Shown here: positions 18,763-28,488 of the stretch, one piece after another
How positions within the stretch are numbered: position 1 is the stretch's first letter
Layout: the number at the start of each line of letters is the position of its first letter
DNA from: Terriglobia bacterium
Lineage (GTDB): Bacteria > Acidobacteriota > Terriglobia > Acidiferrales > UBA7541
Length of the DNA: 64,000 nt
Direction of reading: 5' to 3'
Assembly (NCBI GenBank): GCA_041497315.1
Contig: JBGQGH010000002.1
Coordinates: 4,270-68,269, forward strand
Notes under the pieces: generated by a model
The model's database searches: none
What the model was told of the DNA's origin: nothing
The model's input: only the letters and a program-made list of their open reading frames with translations
Translations under genes and position numbers: made by a program

Positions 18763-21396
18763 TCAGAAAAAGTCTCCGAGCGCCCAACCCAGCCCGGAGC
18801 GGCGACGGTATGGCAGCGCGACCGGAATGGCCACCCCGCCGTCCGAAATCAGCACCGAGCGCCGGATGTGGAACGGGTTGATGGAGTAATGGATCCGCAC
18901 GATTTGGCCGATCCCGGGGACCAACCACTTTAGCTCCAGGCCCGTCGCCGCCGTCAAGTTGTGGTCGCCGCCCGCGAGCGCCGGCTTGTCCGGGCCCAAC
19001 CAATTCGTCAGCAGCCAGCCTCCGCCGGCGTCGAAGAATGCCGCGGCCTGTGCGCGCGACGTGATCGGGACCCGATACTCCGTGCTGACGGCTCCGACCA
19101 GGTCCGCGCCCGCGGGGTCGGCCCGATAGGCGGTCGTCCCGTCGGCGTTTTGAGTCTTGGTCAGCGCGGAGGGTCCCAATTCACTTGTCCCCGCGCCACG
19201 CACCAGATCGTTTCCAGCGAAGAGGCGTGAACTCACCGGCATGTCTCCTCGAAAAGACGAGACACCGGAGAAGAACCCGCGAAACGCCCAAGCGTTGTGC
19301 CGCGCCGCCGCCGGGCCGGAGTTGGAACTGAAAACTCGCGAGTAATCGATTGTCGAGCGCACAAGGTTTTCGTTCCCGCCCAGCCAGCCGCCCGAAGCTC
19401 CCACGGAGGAAAGGATTCGGTCCTGGGGAGTTTCGTGGGTGTCGCTCAAGGTGATCATGCTGCTCGACGTGTTCACGCGCCGCGCGGAACCCGGCAGCCC
19501 GGCGAGCGCCGTCGGCACCAGCACTCCATACCGCGTACTGGTGCTCGAAAGCTGATAACTCGCGCCCAGCGTATCCGCGGGAGAGACCGGATAATTCCAA
19601 TTTGCTCCAAAGCCCGAATTGGCCGAGGTGAATAGCCTTTGGTGCCTGGCGATCGTCGGCTTCACGACATTCCGATAGAGGCTCAGCCCCAGCGATAATT
19701 TCGTGCCGAAAAAACCATCCTTTGCGATGCCCAGCAGGATCTGCAGGTTTTCCGGGCCGCCCTCGAGGTGCGAGGTGATCAACTCTTCACCGCCGAGAAG
19801 ATCGAAAACGTTGTAAACGAGTCCCAGGGTGCTGCCGAACGGGCTGTGTCCGCCAATCAGCGAAATCTTCTGCCGGCCGATTTCCTGGACGCGGATGGAG
19901 AGGTCCACGGCGCGTTGCGTCTCGTCAAACTGCGTGCGAATGTCTTCGCGCTTCACCGGCCGGATAAAACCCGTGCGCGCAAGTTGCGCGAGTCCGCGCT
20001 CCAATCTTTCCGGATCGAAGGGTTCGCCTTCGGCCACCAGTACTCGCCTCCGGTAGTAGCGGTCGCTGAACCGTTGCTCGCCGTGGAATTCGATTCGCCG
20101 GATGGTGTAGGGCTGCGCTTCGCGCACGTCGAACGCCACCTTCACTCTGCCATCCGCCGGATCAAAACGCGGAGTCACGGCCACGTCGGGCGCGAGCGAC
20201 GGCGCGTCGGGCGGGCGCAGTTCCCGCAATTGCGCCAGCACTTCCCGCGCATGCTCCAGTTTCGCCTGCGAGTAGGGCTGATCCGTGCGCAGGCCGAGCC
20301 GCGCCACCAGACGCTCCGCTTCCGCCGCCTCACCCCTGTCCCCACGGGATTCACTCTGCGCCGGATTTGCGCGGTGAACCTCCACCGCCGTCAGCCGGTA
20401 GAAATGACCCTCCTGCACGGGGATGGCGATGCGAAAACGAGGCTCGGCGCGCCGGTGCGGCCATGGCAACCAGTGTCGGACATTTTCGCTGGCAATGGCG
20501 GTGACCGGCTTCCCGATGCGCGCTTCGGGATACCCATTGTTGCGGTAGAACTCCGCCAGGCGCTGCAGATCCGCTTCCAGCCGCGGAGAAGAATAGACAT
20601 CTTTGCGGCGCAGCCCAGCGAGGAGCGCATCCGGGGCCACGCGCTTCATCTGCCGCTGCAGCTTGGCCTGTGAGAATGCCTGATTGCCAGTGAACGTCAC
20701 CGCGCTGACCGTGACTTCTGGGCCGTCGCGGATTTCAAGCGTCGCGCGCACAGACGCGCTGGACGGGAGTTCGTCCAGGCGCACGCTCACCTTCGCGAGC
20801 GGATGGCGCTCGTCGGTGAGTTCCGTTTCGATCGCCCGCGCCGCGCGCCACAAATCGTTTCGGTTGACGGGCGCGGCAAGCTTCAGCGCGATTCCCTTCT
20901 CGGCGAGCAGCCTGCTCACGCGGTCGCGCGAAAGCACCCGCGAGCCTTTGTATTCGATGCCCGCAAGAAACGGTCGTTCCTCCACCACGAAAACAAGCCG
21001 AAGCATGGGGTCCACCGGCGCGGCTGTCGGCTCGGACGTCGCCAACAAAACCGGGATTTCCTCCACCTCCGCGCTTACCGTGTCGAACCAGCCCAGACGG
21101 TCCAGCGCGCGAACGTCCTCTTCGATTCGCGTAGCGTCCAGCGGCTCGCCTTCTTTCGAAATGAGCCTGGGACGCAGCGTGGCCGCCGGAATCCGCCGCA
21201 GCCCGCGGAATTCGATCCGATGAATTATGCCCGTGGTGTTGGAAGCTCGCTTATCTTGAATGGCGGAGGAATTGGAGGGGAAATCCGAAGGGCGCACATC
21301 GGCTGCGCGGGAAAAGACCGTCGGCCCGGCGCACATTTCGAGAGCCAGCAGGAATGCCGCCCCCGGAACGCGCCGGATGAGGTAGCGCACGATCAT
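18763..21396 (-). CDS. bamA: outer membrane protein assembly factor BamA (POTRA repeats + Omp85 barrel)
   Basis: Signal peptide, POTRA-like IHRIEFRGLRRIPAATLRPRLISKEGEPLD..DVRALDRLGWFD repeats, and a C-terminal barrel ending ...GWALGDFF. Confidence 0.85.
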   Translation of the reverse strand: MIVRYLIRRVPGAAFLLALEMCAGPTVFSRAADVRPSDFPSNSSAIQDKRASNTTGIIHRIEFRGLRRIPAATLRPRLISKEGEPLDATRIEEDVRALDRLGWFDTVSAEVEEIPVLLATSEPTAAPVDPMLRLVFVVEERPFLAGIEYKGSRVLSRDRVSRLLAEKGIALKLAAPVNRNDLWRAARAIETELTDERHPLAKVSVRLDELPSSASVRATLEIRDGPEVTVSAVTFTGNQAFSQAKLQRQMKRVAPDALLAGLRRKDVYSSPRLEADLQRLAEFYRNNGYPEARIGKPVTAIASENVRHWLPWPHRRAEPRFRIAIPVQEGHFYRLTAVEVHRANPAQSESRGDRGEAAEAERLVARLGLRTDQPYSQAKLEHAREVLAQLRELRPPDAPSLAPDVAVTPRFDPADGRVKVAFDVREAQPYTIRRIEFHGEQRFSDRYYRRRVLVAEGEPFDPERLERGLAQLARTGFIRPVKREDIRTQFDETQRAVDLSIRVQEIGRQKISLIGGHSPFGSTLGLVYNVFDLLGGEELITSHLEGGPENLQILLGIAKDGFFGTKLSLGLSLYRNVVKPTIARHQRLFTSANSGFGANWNYPVSPADTLGASYQLSSTSTRYGVLVPTALAGLPGSARRVNTSSSMITLSDTHETPQDRILSSVGASGGWLGGNENLVRSTIDYSRVFSSNSGPAAARHNAWAFRGFFSGVSSFRGDMPVSSRLFAGNDLVRGAGTSELGPSALTKTQNADGTTAYRADPAGADLVGAVSTEYRVPITSRAQAAAFFDAGGGWLLTNWLGPDKPALAGGDHNLTAATGLELKWLVPGIGQIVRIHYSINPFHIRRSVLISDGGVAIPVALPYRRRSGLGWALGDFF

Positions 21397-21485
21397 TCCT
21401 CAGCCTCATTCCTCAGCTTGATGGCGTAAGGCCAGATGGCCTAAAGGATGTGCGGCCAAAGGGATAGGTTGCCCGCGAGACCGGC

Positions 21486-23522
21486 TCAGGTGCCGCTCGG
21501 ATCACTCCCGCTCCCCACGCGAGTTTCCGGTGCAGCCGGCGGTTGTTGCAGAAGTTCGTAAGCCGCCGCAAGTTGCTCGCGCGAACCCACCAGCACCACC
21601 TGATCGCCCGCGGCGAAACGGAAGCTGGCATCCGGATTGTGCACCACGTCCGTGCCTTCGATCGAAGCGCGCACCACGGCCAGTACCGCCGCACCGGTCC
21701 GCGCGCGCAGGTCCAGTTCGCGCAATTCCCTGCCTTCGATCCGCGCGCCCGGCAACACCACGAAATGCTCCAGGTCCACCTGCGGCAGCAGGTGCTGCAA
21801 ATGTCTTAAGGGCTGGCCCGGAATCGGAAGGATGCGCAGCATCTCGTAATCTTCTTCGCGCAGGCCGGCCATCTGCTTTGCCACTGCCTCGCGCGGCATT
21901 CCGTAAAGCCGCAGTATGCGCACGGCAATCTCCATCCACGCTTCCAGCTCCTCCGCGATCACGTCGGTGGCCCCCGCCAGGCGCAATTCGCGCGCGTCGG
22001 CCATGCGTTTGATGCGCGCCACGATGTGTAAGTCCGGATTCAGCAGCCGCGCGTGGGAGATCGCCCGCGGCAGGATGGCCGGGTCGGAAATCGCGAAAAC
22101 GACGGCGCGCGCGTGGGCCGCGCCGGCCCGCCGCAGAATCTCCGGGTTGCTGACGTCGCCAAAATAAATCGGCTCCCCTTTCGCCCGCGCCGCGCGCACC
22201 GCGCGAGGATTCATCTCTACCACCACGTACGGCAGGTCATTGCTGCGCAAGAGATGCGCCAGCCGCTGCCCGCTCAGGCCGTAGCCGCAGATGATCACGT
22301 GGTCTTCGAGTTTCTCCGTGCCGCGGTCCAGCTCCAGGCGGCTGCGCCGCGGTTCGCCCTTCGCTCCCAGCCATTGCGAGACGCGAGGTCCCGCGGCAAT
22401 CAGCGCCGGCGTCACCATCATCGTCAGTACCGCCGCGGCCAGAAACATCTGGTAGCGGTCGTGTGGGATCATCTTCAGCCGCGCGCCTTCCCGCAGCATC
22501 ACGAACGAAAACTCACCCACTTGCGCCAGCGCCAGCGCGACCAGAACCGCCATGCGCAGCGGATACCCGAGCGCCACCACCGAGCCCCCCGCCGCGATGA
22601 ATTTCCCGGCCAGAATCGCGGCGACGATCAGGCTGAGCAGCCCCAGGTGGTGGCGCGCAAACTGCAGATCGATCAACATCCCCACCGAAATGAAAAATAG
22701 GCTGTTAAAGCTGTCGCGGATGGGCAAAATCTCGGCCATCACCTGATGGCCGTATTCCGATTCCGAAAGCACAATGCCTGCCAGGAACGCGCCCAGCGCC
22801 AGCGACAATCCGAGCTGCGAAGCCCCCCAGGCCGTGCCCATGGCGAAGAAAATTGTGGCGATGACGAAAAGTTCACGGCTGCGCACCAGCACGATGGCCC
22901 GTAACACGCGCGGAAACAAGTAGCGAGCGCCGAGCAGAATTCCGCCGACCACGGCCAGCGATTTCCCCAGCGCTAGCAGGATGCCCAGCGTCTGCGCGGC
23001 CCCCGGCGCGGATAACGCCGGCGTCAGAGCCATCATCGGCACCACGCACAAGTCTTGGAAAAGCAGGATGCCGAGCACCGCGCGGCCGTGCACCGTATCG
23101 AGCTCGCCGCGCTCCTGCAGCATCTTCAACACAATCGCGGTGCTGCTGGCCGCGATCAGAAATCCCCAGAAAATACTCTCGCGCAGCGTCACGCCCCACC
23201 ACACCAGCGCCCCGCAGGTCATCAGAATTGTCGCTGCTACCTGCAAACTTCCGCCGCCTAGGACGAGCTGTTTCATCTTGGCGAGTTTGCCGAGTGAAAA
23301 CTCGAGTCCGATGGTGAAGAGCAGCAGCGCTACGCCCACCTCGGCCATCACTTCCACCGCCGTGGTGTCCGAAATCAGCCCCAGGCCGAACGGCCCCACG
23401 ATCACGCCGGTCAGGAGATAGCCAATCAGGGCGGGCTGCTTGACCTTGCGCATCAAGTACGCAATGGCCATGGCCATCCCGAAAAGGACGATCAGGTCGC
23501 GAAGGAGGTCGAGGTGTGGCAT
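21486..23522 (-). CDS. CPA2-family cation:proton antiporter with C-terminal RCK (TrkA-N/TrkA-C) domains (KefB/C-like)
   Basis: MPHLDLLRDLIVLFGMAMAIAYLMRKVKQPALIGYLLTGVIVGPFGLG, about 12 TM helices, then a VIICGYGLSGQRLA Rossmann motif. The true ATG is at 23522, and the listed ORF has a non-coding-looking 86-aa extension. Confidence 0.85.
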   Translation of the reverse strand: MPHLDLLRDLIVLFGMAMAIAYLMRKVKQPALIGYLLTGVIVGPFGLGLISDTTAVEVMAEVGVALLLFTIGLEFSLGKLAKMKQLVLGGGSLQVAATILMTCGALVWWGVTLRESIFWGFLIAASSTAIVLKMLQERGELDTVHGRAVLGILLFQDLCVVPMMALTPALSAPGAAQTLGILLALGKSLAVVGGILLGARYLFPRVLRAIVLVRSRELFVIATIFFAMGTAWGASQLGLSLALGAFLAGIVLSESEYGHQVMAEILPIRDSFNSLFFISVGMLIDLQFARHHLGLLSLIVAAILAGKFIAAGGSVVALGYPLRMAVLVALALAQVGEFSFVMLREGARLKMIPHDRYQMFLAAAVLTMMVTPALIAAGPRVSQWLGAKGEPRRSRLELDRGTEKLEDHVIICGYGLSGQRLAHLLRSNDLPYVVVEMNPRAVRAARAKGEPIYFGDVSNPEILRRAGAAHARAVVFAISDPAILPRAISHARLLNPDLHIVARIKRMADARELRLAGATDVIAEELEAWMEIAVRILRLYGMPREAVAKQMAGLREEDYEMLRILPIPGQPLRHLQHLLPQVDLEHFVVLPGARIEGRELRELDLRARTGAAVLAVVRASIEGTDVVHNPDASFRFAAGDQVVLVGSREQLAAAYELLQQPPAAPETRVGSGSDPSGT

Positions 23523-23768
23523 CAGCGTCCGCTTGTGTCTCCGGCAGCATAACGGAGCGTTTCGCGAGTGACAATCCGCGGTTTTCCGCGTGGCCGTGTA
23601 TCTCCGGTGAATCGCGGGCCATCCAATATGGTGCTTGTGAACTCGCGAACCGTAACTTAATCTGCGGTTGCACTCGACAAATGAGAAAATTATCAGCCGG
23701 CGGGCTTTCCAAGTTTGACTGCAAGAATCGGATGGTCTCTCCGGCGCGCTTCCAACGATCCTTCTCCG

Positions 23769-24782
23769 ATGCACTCTCAAAGTTCATCTTCGGCTCCTGG
23801 CCACGCCGCCCCATCCCGCGCGAAAATGATCACCGCGTTCGCCGCGGTCTATCTTCTCTGGGGCTCCACGTTCCTTTTCATTCGCTACGCCGTGGCCACC
23901 ATTCCGCCGTTCTTCATGGCCGGTACGCGCCACTTCGTCGCCGGCGCTCTGCTCTACCCGCTGGCCCGCTGGCGCAGCGGCGAGAAACCATCACGTGTGA
24001 ATTGGTACGCCGCAATCCTCATGGGTGGATTGCTCCTGCTGGCCGGCAATGGCGCCGTCTCCTGGGCCGAGCAAACCGTTCCCTCGGGCATTGCGGCGCT
24101 GCTCGTGGCCAAGGTTTCTCTCTGGATGGTGATCATTGATTGGCTGCGTCCCGGCGGGCGTCGCCCCACCGCCGGCGTGTTTGCGGGCCTCGCGCTCGGC
24201 TTCACGGGAATGGTTTTCCTTGTCGGCCCCGGCAGTCTCCTGAGCGGCATCGGCGCGGGCTCGCGCGTGAATACGGTCGGCGCGGGCGTGCTGCTCGTCG
24301 GAGCGCTTTGTTGGGCCGCGGGATCGGTTTTCTCCCGCCAGTTGCATCTGCCGCACAATCCGCTTCTCGGCACGGCGATGCAAAGCCTCTCCGGAGGCGT
24401 GCTGCTTTACGCCTTCGGTTTTCTGACCGGCGAATCCTCGCAGGTCCACTGGTCGCAAATCTCGATGGGCTCGCTGCTTTCCGTGGCTTACCTGGTCGTC
24501 TTCGGCTCGCTGCTCGGCTTCACCGCCTACACTTGGCTCCTGCGCGCTGCTCCGCCTTCGCGCGTGTCCACCTACGCCTACATCAATCCCGTCGTCGCCA
24601 TGTTCCTCGGCTGGGCGTTTGCCGGCGAACGCGTCACCGCGCGCACTCTGATTGCCGCCGCGGTCATCATCGCCGGCGTCGTGCTCGTCATCACCGCCCG
24701 CCAGCACGCTCCCAGCCTCCCCCGAGCCGAAGAAGCCGTTCCCGCCGCGACTCCGGTGGAGACGGAAGACGTAAAGGTTTAG
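23769..24782 (+). CDS. EamA/DMT-family transporter
   Basis: Ten predicted TM helices and AAVYLLWGSTFLFIRYAV, a typical EamA repeat architecture. Confidence 0.8.
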   Translation: MHSQSSSSAPGHAAPSRAKMITAFAAVYLLWGSTFLFIRYAVATIPPFFMAGTRHFVAGALLYPLARWRSGEKPSRVNWYAAILMGGLLLLAGNGAVSWAEQTVPSGIAALLVAKVSLWMVIIDWLRPGGRRPTAGVFAGLALGFTGMVFLVGPGSLLSGIGAGSRVNTVGAGVLLVGALCWAAGSVFSRQLHLPHNPLLGTAMQSLSGGVLLYAFGFLTGESSQVHWSQISMGSLLSVAYLVVFGSLLGFTAYTWLLRAAPPSRVSTYAYINPVVAMFLGWAFAGERVTARTLIAAAVIIAGVVLVITARQHAPSLPRAEEAVPAATPVETEDVKV

Positions 24783-24863
24783 ACTCTCCTCAAGCGCTCA
24801 AATGCTTTGCGCCGAGTTTGATCGCAAGAACCGGATAGCGGCCCCGGCGCGGTTTCATTTATT

Positions 24864-26057
24864 GTGTCCCTCGAACAGGCCATGAAAACAGGCAACAGCC
24901 AAAACGGTGATCCTCGAAAGGCAATCCAGCTCGCGCCCGCGCAGTGCTGGCGGGCCGTGCTCGGGCGCGACTCGCGCTGGGATGGCGTCTTCGTTTACGC
25001 CGTGCGCTCGACGGGAATTTTTTGCCGGCCCTCCTGCGCCTCACGGCGTCCGGGACGAGCGCAGGTTCTTTTTTTCGCGCAGCCCGAGCGCGCCGAGCAG
25101 GTCGGCTTCCGCGCGTGCCGTCGGTGCCACCCGCATTCGATTGCGCGTGCAGATGCCGTGCCACCGGAGCAGTCCGCGCTCGTCGCCGCCACCTGCTTCC
25201 GGATCGAAGCGCAACTCGAAGGCGCGGTGCGCTTGAGCGATCTCGCCGCCGCGGCCGGCGTCGGAGCGCACCAACTGCACCGCGCGTTTCGCCGTGTGAT
25301 GGGCATCACGCCGCGTCAGTACGCCGAAGCGCTGCGCATGGGCCTGCTCAAAAAAAGTTTACGGGAGGGACGTGACGTGACGACTGCACTCTATGAAGCA
25401 GGCTACAGCTCTTCGAGCCGCCTCTACGAACGCTCCGACGCGCAACTCGGCATGACTCCGGCGACGTATCGCCGCGGCGGCGCGGGCATGCAGATCGGCT
25501 ATACCATCGCCGATTCTCCGTTGGGCCGCATCCTCGTCGCCGCGACGAACCGCGGCATTTCCGCGGTTTACCTGGGCGATTCGGATCGCCCCCTTGAAAC
25601 CGCTCTGCGCCACGAATACCCCGCCGCGGCCATTCGCCGCGATCCACACAGCGTCGCCACGTTTGTCCGCACCCTCGTGCGCCATCTCGGCGGCGCGGAA
25701 CAGCAACTCGATCTCCCCACCGACGTCGCGGCCACCGCGTTCCAGAAGCGCGTCTGGGAAGCGCTGCGAAAAATTCCCTACGGCGCCACTCGCACGTATA
25801 GCCAGATTGCTCGCGCTCTCGGACGCCCCTCGGCCACGCGCGCGGTTGCGCGCGCCTGCGCCACGAACCCCGTCTCGATTGTGGTCCCATGCCACCGCGT
25901 GGTCCGCGAAGACGGCAACCTGGCCGGCTACCGATGGGGACTCAAGCGTAAGCGCGCGCTGATCCAGCACGAACGCGAAAATGCCTCGCGCCTTTCTGCC
26001 AAGGGAAATTCGAATCGGGGGAGTGCGGGAAGAGTTTTGGCTGCGGCTGCGCGCTAG
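24864..26057 (+). CDS. ada: bifunctional Ada: methylphosphotriester-DNA methyltransferase / AraC-type regulator / O6-methylguanine-DNA methyltransferase
   Basis: Ada zinc motif STGIFCRPSCASRRP...FRACRRCHP, an AraC HTH region, and the MGMT active site IVVPCHRVV. Confidence 0.85.
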   Translation: MSLEQAMKTGNSQNGDPRKAIQLAPAQCWRAVLGRDSRWDGVFVYAVRSTGIFCRPSCASRRPGRAQVLFFAQPERAEQVGFRACRRCHPHSIARADAVPPEQSALVAATCFRIEAQLEGAVRLSDLAAAAGVGAHQLHRAFRRVMGITPRQYAEALRMGLLKKSLREGRDVTTALYEAGYSSSSRLYERSDAQLGMTPATYRRGGAGMQIGYTIADSPLGRILVAATNRGISAVYLGDSDRPLETALRHEYPAAAIRRDPHSVATFVRTLVRHLGGAEQQLDLPTDVAATAFQKRVWEALRKIPYGATRTYSQIARALGRPSATRAVARACATNPVSIVVPCHRVVREDGNLAGYRWGLKRKRALIQHERENASRLSAKGNSNRGSAGRVLAAAAR

Positions 26058-26872
26058 CCCTGCGGCCCTTTGACCTTGGTGGTGCCGTGCGGCCAATGCG
26101 CCTTGAAATGGGAATCGGCCAGGCGGACATTCCTCACGATGTTGGTGTAGTGAACGATTAAATAGTCGCCCGAGCCGGTCTCAAAGAATTTCTGCTGGAT
26201 GGGCATCCAGGTGGCCTGATCCACCCAGAGATGGATCTTCGAAACCTGGTTCCGCACATCGTCTGATTTCGGAGTCAGCTCCAGTAGCAGCACTTTTTTC
26301 TTGTCCAGCGTTTCTTCGCCTTGCACGGTCACCAGAAAACTCTTGTTCAGTTCTTTTCCGGAAGTGCCGAACCCCAGCAGCAGGAACTGGTCCACCAGCG
26401 CGCGATGCTTGCCCAGGTTGAATTCCTCCACCTGCTTGGCCATGGGGTTGTAGATGGAAAGTTGATCGCCGTCGCGCAGGATCGTGCGCGGATTGGGCTG
26501 CACCAGTTCGATGCGCATCTTGTCGTCCCGGCGCACCATGATCTGGCCGGTCTCCGTGGACTTGTCATTCACCACCACGGTCACCTTCGTGCGCTCGAGG
26601 TCCGCGGTCAGGCTGTGGAATTCCTTCGACGCCGCGTCGAGCTGCTTCAGTACAGCGTCCACGCTCCATTGGGTCGCAGATTGGCCCGAGGTTCGCGGCG
26701 CCGCCAGGCCAAAAAAGATTAGCGCGCCCATCAAAAGCGCGGCCTCAATTCCCGCCCCCCGCGTCCGAATTTGTTTGCCGGCCTTCAAACCGCCTCTTTC
26801 ATCTGCGAATCCAACGAATCTTCCGCGCACAGCGCCGCCGCGGGACACTTCTGGGTTCGCGCATCCTATCAC
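26054..26872 (-). CDS. LolA-like outer-membrane lipoprotein carrier protein
   Basis: Signal-like LMGALIFFGLAAP, then LKQLDAASKEFHSLTADLERTKVTVVVNDKSTETGQIMVRRDDKMRIEL. The start is probably internal (around 26731 or a nearby alternative start). Confidence 0.55.
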   Translation of the reverse strand: MIGCANPEVSRGGAVRGRFVGFADERGGLKAGKQIRTRGAGIEAALLMGALIFFGLAAPRTSGQSATQWSVDAVLKQLDAASKEFHSLTADLERTKVTVVVNDKSTETGQIMVRRDDKMRIELVQPNPRTILRDGDQLSIYNPMAKQVEEFNLGKHRALVDQFLLLGFGTSGKELNKSFLVTVQGEETLDKKKVLLLELTPKSDDVRNQVSKIHLWVDQATWMPIQQKFFETGSGDYLIVHYTNIVRNVRLADSHFKAHWPHGTTKVKGPQG

Positions 26873-26984
26873 ACCAACTAAGATGCCCCTAGCAAACCGG
26901 GCGTTTCATTTGATGAAGAACTAACCGGCTGGGAGTACACGCCGCGCGGCAGGCCAGGCGAGAAGACTGCGCCAGGATCTCAGT

Positions 26985-27380
26985 TCACGGCTTGATCGAA
27001 ACGTCGTAAGAAACAATCCTGCCGTCGCCAACGCGAACGGCTTCGTACTGCTTCACTTCAAACCTCCGGCCGCGCAATTCGGGCACGTTCTTTCGAAGGA
27101 GGTCGTGGATATCTTTATCGAATTGCGGAGTGTGCACCGGCGAAGCGATCAAACGCGCGTCCACGCGATACGTCTTGATTCCGGTGGCCGCGTCTTCGCT
27201 GTACAACTGCACTTCCGCGGGAGTCAGCGCCGGGCCCACCTGCGGCTGATCGTGGTACCACCCGCGCGGCGTCAGCAGCACGAACAGCACGATGCCCACG
27301 ACGGCCAGATCGTACGGCCACGTGCCGCGGTCGTACGACCAGAAAATCGTGCGGACCAGTATCCGCCAGAGCGTGTGCAT
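26985..27380 (-). CDS. hypothetical single-pass membrane protein
   Basis: One TM (LAVVGIVLFVLLTP). There is a 1-nt gap to the upstream ABC ATPase gene, so they are probably co-transcribed. I recognise no family. Confidence 0.5.
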   Translation of the reverse strand: MHTLWRILVRTIFWSYDRGTWPYDLAVVGIVLFVLLTPRGWYHDQPQVGPALTPAEVQLYSEDAATGIKTYRVDARLIASPVHTPQFDKDIHDLLRKNVPELRGRRFEVKQYEAVRVGDGRIVSYDVSIKP

Positions 27381-27381
27381 A

Positions 27382-28128
27382 TCAGTCGGCGGGAACGCCG
27401 TCCACGATCACGCCGTCGCGCATGTGCACGGTCACGTCGGCGTACGCCGCCGCCTCCGGATTGTGCGTGATCATGACGATCGTCTGGCCAAGCTCCTTGT
27501 TCAACTGACGCAGCATGGCCAGCACGGTTTCAGAATTCTTTGTGTCCAGGTTGCCGGTGGGCTCGTCCGCCAGCACGATTTTCGGCTCGTTGATAATCGC
27601 CCGCGCAATCGCCACGCGCTGCTGTTCCCCGCCGGACATCTCCGCCGGCTTGTGGTGCAGCCGGTCGCCCAGCCCAAGCATCTTGGTCACCACATCAAAC
27701 CGGTGCGGATCGAACCCATCGCCGTGGATGTGCTGCGCGATGGCGATATTTCCGTAAGCGTCCAGCGTCGGCAGCAAATTGAACCGCTGGAAAACAAAAC
27801 CCACTTTGTGGCGCCGCAGCTTGGTGCGCCCCGCGTCCGACATCGTCACCAGGTCGTTCCCGTCCACCAGCACGTGCCCCCGAGTGGCCCGCGCCAGCCC
27901 GCCAATCACGTACAGCAGCGTGGATTTCCCGCACCCCGACGGCCCCATCACCGCCACGAATTCCCCGGGCAGCACGCGGAAGTTCACCCCGCGCAAGGCC
28001 GCCACATCCACCTTGCCCTGGCGATACACCTTCCACAAATCTTCGGTCTTGAGTATGGGCTCCACGAACAATTCCCCTGCGGGGACTTGCACCTCGGAGG
28101 GCCAAAATATTGTAGTCGCGTTTGACAT
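27382..28128 (-). CDS. ABC transporter ATP-binding protein (LolD/MacB-type)
   Basis: Walker [10 protein letters not shown], signature [14 protein letters not shown], Walker [10 protein letters not shown] and [10 protein letters not shown]. Confidence 0.9.
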   Translation of the reverse strand: MSNATTIFWPSEVQVPAGELFVEPILKTEDLWKVYRQGKVDVAALRGVNFRVLPGEFVAVMGPSGCGKSTLLYVIGGLARATRGHVLVDGNDLVTMSDAGRTKLRRHKVGFVFQRFNLLPTLDAYGNIAIAQHIHGDGFDPHRFDVVTKMLGLGDRLHHKPAEMSGGEQQRVAIARAIINEPKIVLADEPTGNLDTKNSETVLAMLRQLNKELGQTIVMITHNPEAAAYADVTVHMRDGVIVDGVPAD

Positions 28129-28167
28129 TTCTGCCTAGCCGATTCCCCTGACCATCCGACAAGGATG

Positions 28168-28215
28168 GTCATCCCGAGTGAGGTCGGTTTCGAGACCGAC
28201 GAGGGATCTCTCTTC
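28168..28215. repeat. REP-like palindromic intergenic element, copy 3 (inverted relative to copies at 48.3/48.7 kb)
   Basis: GTCATCCCGAG + hairpin GTCGGT-ttcgag-ACCGAC + GAGGGATCTCTCTTC. A perfect 8-bp hairpin GACCATCC-gacaa-GGATGGTC at 28150-28170 lies immediately before it. Confidence 0.6.
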
Positions 28216-28488
28216 CATCCGGCCCTGCCGGAAGGGCTTTCTCTTCCATTCCACGTTGGTGAACTGCACGCACCCCTCCGCCCCGCCGCCAAATCGACGC
28301 CGCGCAACCCGCCTTGTATCAATCGCTTCCGTCGCGAATGGATTAGGGGGAAACCCCGCCCTGCCGCGCAGCCCCGCCACTGTCCGCTTTTCCCGCCGGG
28401 TAGCGAGGCGTCTCCGAGACGTACCACTATTGAAGCCCTCCTTCATGATTTGCCTTTCTCCCAGTTTAAGAATGACTCGTTGGAATCG

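Noticed and set aside
23523-23780. An 86-aa N-terminal extension of the CPA2 antiporter ORF. Over-extended starts of the same kind occur at 50738-51535 (hpt), 47062-48354 (VWA), 28489-31818 (cusA) and 40167-40946.
   Set aside because: The extensions lack family similarity and overlap neighbouring genes or promoters. Internal starts give canonical N-termini (MPHLDLLRDL..., MIARVIEW..., the signal peptide MRTIAAL...).
28135-28446. 103-aa and 123/136-aa ORFs in the spacer between cusA and the ABC ATPase.
   Set aside because: They are translations of the REP-like element and GC-rich spacer (for example VIPSEVGFETDEGSLF). They have no start context or family similarity.
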